A DNA stretch of 64,000 nucleotides, from contig JAIVFI010000030.1 in NCBI GenBank assembly GCA_025558095.1, forward strand, positions 310,001-374,000, read 5' to 3'. Under the pieces are notes generated by a model. It had not been told where the DNA came from, did not search any database, and worked only from the letters and a program-made list of their open reading frames with translations. Origin of the DNA: Hyaloraphidium curvatum SAG 235-1. Lineage: Eukaryota > Fungi > Monoblepharomycota. Positions 31,490-41,879 of the stretch are shown piece by piece; the first letter of the stretch is position 1, and each line of letters begins with the position of its first letter. A program made the position numbers and the translations under genes.

Positions 31490-33189
31490 CTAGACAGCCC
31501 CCGCCTCGATGTCCTTGAGCCGGATCGCCACGCTCTGCCGGTGCGCCTCCAGGTCCTCCACCTCGGCCAGCGCCATCACCGTCGGCCCCACATTGCGCAG
31601 CCCCTCGGCCGTGAGCACCTGCGACGTGATGTGCTTGAGGAAGGCCGCGGTGTTGACGCCGGAGTAGGTGCGCGCGAAGCCGTAGGTGGGGAGGGTGTGG
31701 TTGGTGCCCGAGGCGTAGTCGCCGCAGCTGATCGGGAGACGGTCAGTCCTCGCACGGCAAAGCGGCGCAGATCGGCCCACCTCACGGGCGCCCACGGCCC
31801 GACAAACACCGACCCCGCGTTCCTGATCCTGTCCAGCGCCTTCTCCGCGCCGTCGTAATACAGGATCAGGTGCTCGGGCGCGTAGTCGTTGGTGAAATCG
31901 AGCGCCTCGGCCTCGTCCCTCGCCAGGACGACGTACGAGTTGAGGATGCTCCGCGCGAGGATGTCGCCCCGCGGGAGGGTGGCGGCCTGCCGCTCGACCT
32001 CGGCGAGGATCTCGGCGACGCGCGCGTCGGGCATGCCGAGGGCCACGAGGACGGCCTGCGAGTCGGGACCGTGCTCGACCTGCGAGAGCAGGTCCGAGGC
32101 GACATACGAGGGCTTGGCGGTCGAGTCGGCGACGACCTGCATCGCGGGCAAGGGGTTTAGGTTCGCCGCATCGGCGGATCGCGACGGTACCAACCAAGAC
32201 CTCCGACGGCCCGGCGGGAAGGTCAATCCCGACGTTGCAGGAAAAGTCGTTCTGCGCGTAGAGCTTGGCGGCCGTGACGTACTGGTTCCCGGGGCCAAAG
32301 ATCTTGTCGACCTTCGGGATAGTCTCGGTCCCTGGACAACGGAGCTTCGATGAGCTTCCGTGGCCCCATCCGGCGGCAGTCCAACCCACCGTACGCCATA
32401 GCCGCGACCGCCTGCGCCCCACCCGCCTTGACCACCGCCACCGCGCCGACCTTCTCCGCCACGTACAGCACCTCCTGGCACACGGTCCCGTCCTTGCGCG
32501 GCGGCGTTGCCAGCACGATGGTGCGGCAGCCGGCCACCTGCGCCGGCACGCCGAGCATGAGCGCGGTAGAGGGGAGCACGGCGGAGCCTCCGGGGACGTA
32601 GAGGCCGACGCGCTCGATGGGGCGGGGGTGGCGGGAGCATTTCAGGCCCTGTGGGACAAGAACCCAGACTTGGTCAGCTCCTACAGAAGCCGACGCGAGG
32701 ACGCCGTCCCACCTTCATCGTCTCGACCTCCACCACCCCCTCCCTCTCCAGCTGCGCGGCATGGAACGCCCTGATGTTCCCGTACGCGACGTCGATCGCC
32801 CTCCTCGCCTCGTCCGTGATCTGGTACCTGAACGGCGGCCGCATCACCAGATCCTCCTTCTCCACCCTGACCCCATCGAACCGCTCCGTATACGCCGCAA
32901 CGGCCGCATCCCCCTCCTTCCTGACCCGCTCGATGATGGGCTCCACGCGGGGCATGATCTCGCGGGCGTCCATCACCGGCCGCTTGAGGAGCGCCGCGCG
33001 GGCCGAAGGGGAGAGGGAGGAGAGCCGGTGCACGGCCATGCGGGCGGGTCCTCCGGAGGCCGGAGGGGCGGGGGCGGGAGACGGGGCGGGAGGGGCGGGT
33101 TTGGGGCGGAGGGCGGCGAGCTGCGATTCGAGCTCGGCGATGCGGGAGAGGGCGGCCTCGAGGGTCGAAGGGGAGCCGCCGGGCGCCAT
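31490..33189 (-). CDS. hisD: Histidinol dehydrogenase, monofunctional (4 introns)
   Basis: [66 protein letters not shown]. Confidence 0.95.
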
Positions 33190-34352
33190 CGTCGGTCAAG
33201 TTCGCTGTACGGTAGAGGCAAAGGAAGAAGGCGGACGCCGGCTCGCGGGCCAGGAGCCTGGCGTCGATTGTTTATCTGCGCAGGTAGTGGATCCGCGGTT
33301 TCTGAGAAAGACCGTCGAAAGGCAATTGGAGTGCCGCTTCGCGGGGCTGGAAGGCAACGCCGTCGAGTTATGCTCTTTCCATCGTGCTCATTCGGCTGCA
33401 TGGCCGAGCGGGAGTCTTTTCCCGGCCGGAGAAGTCGCCGCCGCGGCAACGCGTTTTCTTCCTCCCGGCGCGTCGCCGCCCCCGCCTCCTCCCCGGGACT
33501 GTTCCAACCATGTCGTGCTGGATCCAGATAGAGGACCAATCTACCCGCATTCCCCGCCCTCCTCCTTGCTGCCTCTCAGCCCGCCGCTTCCCACCACCCG
33601 CCGAAGCCCGTAACCCGGCAAAGTAGAGGCCGCTCCCGAAAGTGGGAACGGTTTCGAGGACAGCTCGGGGAGAGCAAGGCAGATTATTCACCTCCGCCGC
33701 GCTGTTCCACGTGGCCGGGGTTTATTCCACTGGCCGAGATTCCGTCGCGGAGATTGGAGCCTGTTGGCTAGGAGACACCGGCGAAGCATGGATTCGGGCA
33801 TGATCCGGCACCGTGTAGAAGGTAGGTCCTACTGGGTTCTTCAAATTTCGTCTGCTGACTGCGGTTCCTCACAGATTGTCGTGTATTGCCGTCCAAGACC
33901 CGCCTCTTCGTCGCCGGATTGATCAGGAGGGCGTTGCGAGTCCCCACCTTTGCAACCCCCGCGGACCCCGGACAAAAGGGATGGGCTCCGCTGTTCAGCT
34001 GATGGGGCTTGTCTTGTATTAGCCGGGAACAGCGAGAGCCAGCCAATTCACCCCGGCCGCCGATCAGTGCGCGCCGTGAGTCTACGAGGCTGGCGAGATT
34101 CCACGTCCGGACAGGATCGCTAGCCGTCGCTCGCATTCGCTCAAAGTGTATCTCTAGCACCACGACAAAGATCAGATCGCACGAGAGCCGAGACCACTTA
34201 TCGCCTCGATCGGCGCCGTTGCGCAGTGTTTGCGGCGGGTCTTCGCACAGCCCCTGATCGCGGAGCGGAGCAAGTCTGTCTCCCAGATAGGATCGGGATC
34301 TCTTCCTTCAGCATCTTGCTCCGCACGTTGTCCAACTGCGCGAAGTGGGAGA

Positions 34353-35072
34353 ATGCCCGGCGCGAAGCGAACCGTCGAAATCGCCCCCACGACGGGGGGT
34401 TGGCTGCGCGCGCCCGCCGGATCTCTCGTGTCGGTCATCGACACCTCCGGCGAGCAGATCGCCGACTTCTGGGCTGTCAAGGCGGACTTTTCTGAATGGC
34501 TCGGCTGCGCACACACCCGCGGGGCCACGGGGAGGCTCTTTCCGAAAGTCGGAGAGCAGTTCTGGTCGACGACTTACAAGCCGCTGCTCACGTTCGTCGA
34601 AGACACGTCGCCGAGCGTGCACGACGCCCTCTGGAGGGCCTGCGATCCCGACCTGCTGAAGCTGGCCGGCTGCACCGACGATGCGCATCCGAGCTGCAAC
34701 ACCAACTTCCGCAAGTGCGCAAAGGAGTTCGGATGGACGCCGGAGCAGGTGATCGCTGGTCCTGCCGATGGATAATCATCATCGCCTGACGCTGCGAGGA
34801 TGCAGGTCCCGGATCCCGTCGACTTTTTCCAGAACACGCCGTTCGAGGGCGGCGAGATGAAGAGCCTCAGGCCCGTCAGCAAGGCCGGCGACAAGGTCGT
34901 CCTGCGCGCGGAAGAGGACCTGATCGTGATCGTGGCGGCCTGCAGCTGGGATATGAATGGTTCAAAGGTCAACGGAGACGTGCTGACCGGCATCACGCTC
35001 GAGGTCGAGGAGCCCGAGGGACCCGTGATCAAGACAGAGCTGGCGATGCCCAAGGGAGCTTTGTCTGTGTAG
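34353..35072 (+). CDS. DUF1989 (urea carboxylase-associated) family protein (intron 34749-34805)
   Basis: IDTSGEQIADFW, VEDT...HD....C, SC..NF, PDPVDFFQN, SKAGDKVVLRAEEDLIV..AAC. Confidence 0.85.
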
Positions 35073-35578
35073 CAGTCGGATGGGTCGCACGTCTACTGTC
35101 TAATCTCTTCACGAAACACTCAATATCGTACAGAGTGAGCACGGCTTCGTTTCTTTGCTTCCATGTCGGCCCGTGCCGTCGCGTGTCCATCCCACAACGA
35201 GCGATCGTCATTCGAGCAAGTGATCAGGGAGTCGTTTCTTCTCCTGCATCGCCATCTTTGCGAGCGCCTTCCGAAGCCTCTCGTCCTGCTCTGTGAGGTT
35301 CGACGCCTTGACGCAGACTTCGAGCAACTTGAATCCGCCGCCATCCGTAAGTGCCCAACGATTGCTTCCTCGAGCCGCACAGCCTCGATCTCGAGCTCTG
35401 CCTCTGCAGCGGGCACGTCTTCAGCGGCGTATAGTGGGAAGCAGAGTTCCGTCGAAAGCTTGTGCTCGTGTACATGGAGGGAAAGATTGCGGGCAGACGA
35501 ACCAACGCACGGGAGAAGCCAAAGGAAAAGACAGCAATAGATGATCACCAAACGGCAGATATCATGAGCAAATGAAGC

Positions 35579-36706
35579 CTAAGATGGAACCCTCGCCAAC
35601 GTCCTATTCCATTCATCGAGGTCGCAAGCCCAGGCGACTGTCGCGTTGGCCGATAGTACCGGCTGCGTCGCGCGCGTCCAGCTCCACATCCGCAGCGCGA
35701 GCACCGACAGTTCCAAGTTGAAGAAAAACGTAAGCACGCGGTTGCTGTACTGGTATTGCGTTCGGCCGTTCGCGATCAGGCCGCACGCGTTGAAGATCGG
35801 GGCAAGGACTGTCGGGGAGGTCAAACGGAAGGCAGTCCGACGCGCGACGTCTAACCCACCGCGATCCTCAGGAATATCCCTTAATCGGGCAAAGCTCCGT
35901 GTCACATTGACAACGAACGGAAGCGTAGTAGGTCCCGTATTGTTCAGAAGGAATCCCGGCGTCGACGCCAACCCGGCAAACGTTGCCGCGTCGGGGAATC
36001 GGGCGGTGACGCGCCCCCACTCCACGCCCCACGGTATTTGGGAAAAGGACCGGAGTGTCACGTTGAACCGCAGCGAGAGCTCCACGTTGGCCCGGGTCAA
36101 GTTCCCTCCAATCCGGTCGAACCATGGCCGGAACCGGGCCAGGTTCTCGATCCCAAAGGCGCCCTCCAGCTGCTCCTGGGTGTCACCCTCCCAGCTAGTG
36201 TTGCGAGGGGAAGTCCCGTAGATCCGCAAAGAGGCCAGCGAGGCGGCGGCCGCGTCTGGGGAAACCACAGGCGTGGTCGGCGTGCCAATGGCCAGGAGTA
36301 CGACCACGGCAGCCGAAACAATGATGAGGATGAAGTTCGAAAGGAAGTATAGAGCGTCTCCGGCTTGGGACGACAGGGGCGGGCAGCCTCCCCGTTTCCG
36401 TTTCGTCGGCTGCTGCTGGGGCGCCGCCGCCGGCGCCGGCGCCGCCACGGGGGACGCAACCAGCTCATACGGCGGCGGGTCATTGTTTGGCCGTCTCACT
36501 CGCAGGCCCAATTCCATTCCTTCCGGCAGCACGGGCCGAAAGTCGGCTGAGCGCGAGGTGGTGAGGGGCGCCGGGAGAGGCGCGGCGGGGTCCAACGGCA
36601 CGCCGAGCGGCACATTCGCGGTCGCGATAGAGGCCAGAGAGACCGCATCGCTGTCCGCGCGAGGCAAAGGCGACAGCGCGGGGGGCAGCGGCGGCGTGGC
36701 CTCCAT
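35579..36706 (-). CDS. Single-pass membrane protein with LEA_2-like beta domain
   Basis: Disordered N-terminus with PPPY, one TM, then beta-rich domain with many N-x-S/T sequons. Confidence 0.55.
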   Translation of the reverse strand: MEATPPLPPALSPLPRADSDAVSLASIATANVPLGVPLDPAAPLPAPLTTSRSADFRPVLPEGMELGLRVRRPNNDPPPYELVASPVAAPAPAAAPQQQPTKRKRGGCPPLSSQAGDALYFLSNFILIIVSAAVVVLLAIGTPTTPVVSPDAAAASLASLRIYGTSPRNTSWEGDTQEQLEGAFGIENLARFRPWFDRIGGNLTRANVELSLRFNVTLRSFSQIPWGVEWGRVTARFPDAATFAGLASTPGFLLNNTGPTTLPFVVNVTRSFARLRDIPEDRGGLDVARRTAFRLTSPTVLAPIFNACGLIANGRTQYQYSNRVLTFFFNLELSVLALRMWSWTRATQPVLSANATVAWACDLDEWNRTLARVPS

Positions 36707-37109
36707 TGTTTGTGTCGCCCAAATTCGTCTAGGGCAAGGCAAGGCGGCACGCCGCGCACCCAAGACGTCTCTCCCAAACTAGAAAACAGGAAAGGATCCA
36801 TCGCATCGACTGAGGCAAATCTCGGATCTGCGAAAGATGCAACAGCAGGACAGGTCGCTGATCTGTTGCTTTGCTCGACAGTGCTCAACCAGTGCGCGAT
36901 CCAGGGCAAAGAGAGGCCGTACAGACGAACTTTCCCCCAATGTGCAGAACGGTGCTTGCAGGAAGTACATCTTGTTCGACGATCCATCTTTTGGTTGGTG
37001 CCTAAACAGGGCGGAGGCGGGACGCGAGGGAAGGGTTTGTCGCTCCGCGGAACGTTCCACTTTCCAATCGCGCCTTGCCAATCGCCACGTGACCGAGCGG
37101 ACGGGCAAC

Positions 37110-38764
37110 ATGACCTCTCCCGAGCCGACTCACGGTTCCTTTCCGTCTTCCACGGCCGCGTCGGGCGGCTTTCTGGGCTTCCAGGCCGCGCGGCGCGCGC
37201 ACAATGCCGCCGCCGAGGGACTTTGGCGAGTTCATGGGGGGCTCTATGATTTGTCGACCTTCGACCACCCGGGTGGAAAGAGCTTCTTGGAAGACACGAG
37301 GGTGTTGTGTTTCGGTCGGCGTTGGGGCGATTCGCTGCTGACGTCCGCGCGGCAGGGAATGGACGTCACTGAGCTCTTCGAGTCGCACCACCTCGATATC
37401 GAGAAGGCCCGCGGGGTTCTCGACAAGAATTTTGTTCGGGTGAGTGTCGCTAGTGAACGAGCATCGAGCTGGGACTGACCCCGTGACCTCAGAAAGCGGA
37501 CTGGCCGCGAGAGAGCCCCCTCACCTTCAAGTCCGATGGCTTTTACTCGTACCTCCGCTCCCGCGTGTTGGCCAAGATCCGTGCGATTGGGCCTGGGCCT
37601 ATGAAGATCTCTCGCATTTTCGGCGACGCCGTGGCCGCATCGTTCGTTTTCCTGATGGGAGCCTCGGCCTATCTGCGAAGCCGGGCGCTCGCGCTCGTCG
37701 GCGGAGTCGCTGGAGGCTTCCTGATTGGGATCGGCCACAACTACGACCATCAAAAAGAGAACTGGCGGCGTCATTATCTTGATCTGTGCGGGAGCGCCCT
37801 CGAGGTTTTCCACGTCCAACACGTTTTGAGCCATCACGTGTACGCCAACACCATGCTGGATCTGGAGAACCCAAATGTCTACAAGCTGATTGGTCTACCG
37901 ATCGACGGCAGCGAGCCACCGGCCAAGGGGCCGGCCCCTTGGTTGATCTTCAGTGGGTGGTTGTTCAAAGCGGGCGACGTCCTCGGTTTGATCGGCTCCT
38001 CCTTCAGAGGCCATTTGCATCAATGCTCTGGTCGGGGCACTTACTTCTCCTCTAAGTTTCCTGATGATCCGGCGTCCCATCGGCTTTGCGCACTACTACG
38101 TTCTCCTTGGGATGATTTTAGCATCTCGTGCCTCTCCGGTGGCGTCCTCCCGCCCAACTGCTTGGGCTGTGGGGCTTTGGATGCTGGCAAAAAGCGCAAC
38201 GCTGGTCTTTACCGCGTCGGCCTTCGTGAACGGGCACCACGACGAGGTCACATGGAGGCAGAGCGAAGGGGAAATGCCGTCCGAGGAGATGAAGGATTTT
38301 GGCCTTTTCCAGATGGAGGTGACTGGAGACAAGAGGGAGACTTATCTGGTAACGATTTGCGACCTGCATGCCAGCCATAACTGACGGCTCGTGACAGATC
38401 AAAAACAATGTTTGGCGCACGATCGTCAACCTTACAACTTTGAGGTATGGACGCGATCCGCTTCCTTCTAGCTTCGCAGACTGACCAGATTACCGTCAGT
38501 GACCACACCATGCACCATCTGTTCCCCGCCGTGGACCACGCATACTATGGCCTTTTGTATCCCGAGCTAGCCGACGCATGTCGCAAGTTTGGCGTTCGCT
38601 TCGAGACGAGGACGACTGCAGAGATGGTCTCGGGCATGATCGCAAAGGGAAAGGGGCTGGGCGGAGAAGTTGTGCCCCGACGAGCCGGATGGGACGGGCG
38701 GTTCAAGGGAGGCTGGGTGGACGAAGCCGCGGGATTCGTCGACGCGCCGAAGAAGGATCAATAG
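37110..38764 (+). CDS. Cytochrome b5-fused desaturase-like protein (Cyt-b5-related), several introns
   Basis: WRVHGGLYDLSTFDHPGG and FESHH (b5 domain); His boxes GHNYDH, HVLSHH, HTMHHLFP. Confidence 0.85.
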
Positions 38765-38916
38765 CTAGGAGCCATAGTTGAATCGCAACCTGCGCTCGAG
38801 ATTCGTGGTGAGGTACCCACTCCCACGCTAGCGTTCATCGCACCGGGGGGGGCATTGATCGGTCGATCGCGTCCCTCGACTTTTCGCACATACCGCCGGT
38901 CCCGTCCTGGGAGAAA

Positions 38917-39756
38917 ATGTTGTCAGACTTTACGGACTGCCCGCCACGCGTCTTGGCGGCATGGACCTTCGTCATCGCGGCCGGAGGCGCTTATTACGCG
39001 TGGCTGGGACCGACCGACACCGGACGACCGCGGGCACCGCAGAAGTCATCGCCGCGGACGTGGACCTCGCCGTCGGCCTCCTCAATGGTTGTCTTCTTTC
39101 TTGCTCTGGTGACGGTCGTGCCGACGCTTGCCTATCTGTACTCCTTCGAACGCGGAATGGCTCTGGTCTCGTGGATATATCCCTCCCATCAAGATCCCGC
39201 CCCCTTCCTCGCCCGGAAGGAACGGATCTACTCGCACATGGTCTTTGCGTCGACGGCCATCCTGATTGGCCCGCTCCAGCTCTGGGCCGGGTTGCGGCGC
39301 TCCAGCGTCCGCCTCCACCGCGCCTTGGGCCTCGTGTTCTCGATTTCCGCCGCCGCATCTTGCGCCGCGAGCGTCAGTTATGCCGCGCACCAGGCGTACG
39401 GGAACGACGGTGGATTTGCCGGAACTGTCTCGTTCGGATTCATGGCGTTGGCTGTGTTGTGCTACGTGGCTCGCGGGTTGATCTTCCTTGTGGACGAGAG
39501 CGCGCGGGGCAAACGAGGACACGGGAGAGCGATGATCCGGGCCTACCTTTGCTTCCTGGGTGACGGGCTTTTCTTCAGGGTGCTGGCAAACTACTACTTG
39601 CCGCTTAGAACGGTCGGCAACGGGTACGCTGCGTGGACGACATCAATCTGGATCAGTTGGGCGATGCCGCTGCTCCTGTACGAGGTTGCCGAAGCTGCAT
39701 GGGACGCTGCTGGAGCGGCGAGCTCCTTGCCAGCGGGGACTGAGGCGGCGCGATGA
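38917..39756 (+). CDS. DUF2306-like membrane protein
   Basis: H.....LIGPLQL...LR.....LHR.LG and HGRAMIRAY motifs; multiple TMs. Confidence 0.7.
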   Translation: MLSDFTDCPPRVLAAWTFVIAAGGAYYAWLGPTDTGRPRAPQKSSPRTWTSPSASSMVVFFLALVTVVPTLAYLYSFERGMALVSWIYPSHQDPAPFLARKERIYSHMVFASTAILIGPLQLWAGLRRSSVRLHRALGLVFSISAAASCAASVSYAAHQAYGNDGGFAGTVSFGFMALAVLCYVARGLIFLVDESARGKRGHGRAMIRAYLCFLGDGLFFRVLANYYLPLRTVGNGYAAWTTSIWISWAMPLLLYEVAEAAWDAAGAASSLPAGTEAAR

Positions 39757-39837
39757 TAGCTTTTGCAGAATTCCATGTTTCTACCTCCAATGGAGATCAC
39801 CTCCCATCGCGGCCGTCGATCGCCGTGGTCCATCCCC

Positions 39838-41445
39838 TCATGGCTCGTAGTACGCCCCGCAGACATTGTCGGGCGTCACATAGACGCCCAACCCCCTCAG
39901 GATGCCAAACAGGCCCACCCCAAGTGTGAGCACCGTCGCGGCCACTGTCCGCACGACTCCGGTGTCCACCGTGACCCCAGCAAAGGTCGCCCTGAGCCTC
40001 GCCGCGCCGTCCAGGGCGGACCCAAGCACGCGCTCCTGGTCCAGCATCGCGTCTCGGAGGGTCGGCGACCGCGAGCCGAGACGAAGGAGGAGCACTCTGA
40101 TGCGGGCGCGAGCACCGAGGTGCAAGGATGCGATCGAATTCACGTGCGCATTCGCGCGGGCGACTTGGATGAGATCGATCAGGGAGAGGACGAGCCAGCC
40201 TAGGATCCCGATGAGCAGGTTGAGGGGGATGCACGAGCTGCCGGCGACGAACATGACTGCGCCGATGACCTCGAAAGAGAGGGCGATGAGGGTGGTGCTG
40301 CGGATCACAGAATAGGATGCAAATAGCTGTCGGAACACCGGGGCGAGGGTGCGGAGCAGGACAAGGTGGAGAGCGTCTTCGGGGTCCTTTCTTGGATCGG
40401 CGGCGTCGGCCTCGGCGTCCGGAAGTCCCGAGACGGCGCGGTTCACCGCCTGTGCGAAGCCGTCCACTAGCCCGGCGAGGGCGACGGCAAAAGAGCGGTG
40501 CTGCAGCCGCGCTTCGATCGACATGACCGCGAGGTTCTTCGTTGTCACCCGGCTCGAAAAAGGTGTCAGGAAATTGAATGTGAACCCGACAAAAAGGAAC
40601 AAGGCCGCGAGCGTCGCGCTCCACGCTTGGTGCCACGTGTATCCGGCCAGCGTCACCAACGCAGTGTAATACGGGAAGACAACGTAGGCGGGGATAGTGA
40701 AGAGAAGGAAAACGGCCGTCAGGAGTGGCCACAGCGCGGCTGCACGGGAGAGCTCGCGGCCAAGGCACGAGGTCAGGGTGCACGGGCAGAGCGGGTCGAG
40801 GGGCGAGTGAGAGATCAGATAGGATGTCTGACCGCATTCGGCTGCTAAGCGCAGCCACCGGGCGGTCTGGGCGAGGTCAGCGCCGTCCAGGCTGGCCGCC
40901 GAGACGCCAGCGGATCCCACGTCGACCGTATCCCTCCCCGGCTTACTTCTCTTTCCCTCAACGTCATCGTCCGCGTCGCCCAGGGCGCTTCCCAGGTCGG
41001 CTGCCACCTGGCGCGTGTAAAAGATGCCCGTGCAGGCGGTCGAGGCAAACCATGCAAGAATGGAGAATGCACCGGCGGCGGTAGACACGGCGAGGTCGCG
41101 CGACGAGAACCTGACGGGCCCCGCGGCGGTGGCTGGGAACGGGATGGAGAGCATCGCACACTGAAACAGAAGCTTCAGGAGAAAGTGCGGCAGTGTGAGC
41201 CGGCCGTACGCCGCGGCGAACGCCAGTCGGAACGTCTCGACGCGTCGCAGCGCCTGCGACGGCCCGCTGGAGAGCAGCTCGAGCAGCCGCGCGGCCGTCA
41301 GTGGGTCGGAACGGCGCGCAGATGCCGCGGGGTCGGGCGGGGCAGGCGCATCCCACGGCGGCGGAGGCTCGGACGGGGGCTTCGCGGGCAGCAGCACGAG
41401 CCATTCGAGTTCGCTCAGAGCCACGGGAGAGACGTCGGGAGGCAT
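39838..41445 (-). CDS. 7-TM protein, gustatory-receptor-like (7TMIC) candidate, paralog 1
   Basis: Seven hydrophobic segments, CPCxxxxC loop, CIP motif, C-terminal ATFAGVTVDTGVVRTV; intronless. Confidence 0.7.
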   Translation of the reverse strand: MPPDVSPVALSELEWLVLLPAKPPSEPPPPWDAPAPPDPAASARRSDPLTAARLLELLSSGPSQALRRVETFRLAFAAAYGRLTLPHFLLKLLFQCAMLSIPFPATAAGPVRFSSRDLAVSTAAGAFSILAWFASTACTGIFYTRQVAADLGSALGDADDDVEGKRSKPGRDTVDVGSAGVSAASLDGADLAQTARWLRLAAECGQTSYLISHSPLDPLCPCTLTSCLGRELSRAAALWPLLTAVFLLFTIPAYVVFPYYTALVTLAGYTWHQAWSATLAALFLFVGFTFNFLTPFSSRVTTKNLAVMSIEARLQHRSFAVALAGLVDGFAQAVNRAVSGLPDAEADAADPRKDPEDALHLVLLRTLAPVFRQLFASYSVIRSTTLIALSFEVIGAVMFVAGSSCIPLNLLIGILGWLVLSLIDLIQVARANAHVNSIASLHLGARARIRVLLLRLGSRSPTLRDAMLDQERVLGSALDGAARLRATFAGVTVDTGVVRTVAATVLTLGVGLFGILRGLGVYVTPDNVCGAYYEP

Positions 41446-41879
41446 CCTTGAAGTTGTGCGAAGTTGGCGGGTCCCAGCGCGATCGATCATCGTCCCCAAC
41501 CGATGTCATCCAGGGGAGAGTATGTCGGTGTAGGCGCCGCTCTCTAGCTCGTGCAATGCAGAATTGAAAAAGTCGTCAGGATTCCGGATGCGATGGTTTA
41601 GGTGCCAACGTGCCCGGTACCCGGTGCAGAAGTTGGTTTCGCGGCGAGGCCAATCGCGGCGAAATGAGAGAGCTAGAAAGAATCCCGCGAGTGGAGTTGA
41701 TGCCGAAGAAAGAGGCCTGCAGGAAGTATTTGGGGCTTTTTGAGGCAAACAGAGATTTGGAGAGCCGTGCGCGCCGCTCGACCGCTCGAACTCCAATCAC
41801 ACCGTCCCTGTCTCCCGAGGTCCAGGGACCGGGCAGTCGGCCCGGAACGCGCGCGCCGCTTCTGCCTTTACCTCGGAAA

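Noticed and set aside
33290-33350. CTGAGA motif suggesting a TPP riboswitch
   Set aside because: Lacks the downstream TGAT...TAAT...GCG core, and no thiamine gene is adjacent.
33550-33820. Several small hairpins in the hisD-DUF1989 intergenic region
   Set aside because: No recognisable snRNA, snoRNA or tRNA motif; expected by chance at this GC content.
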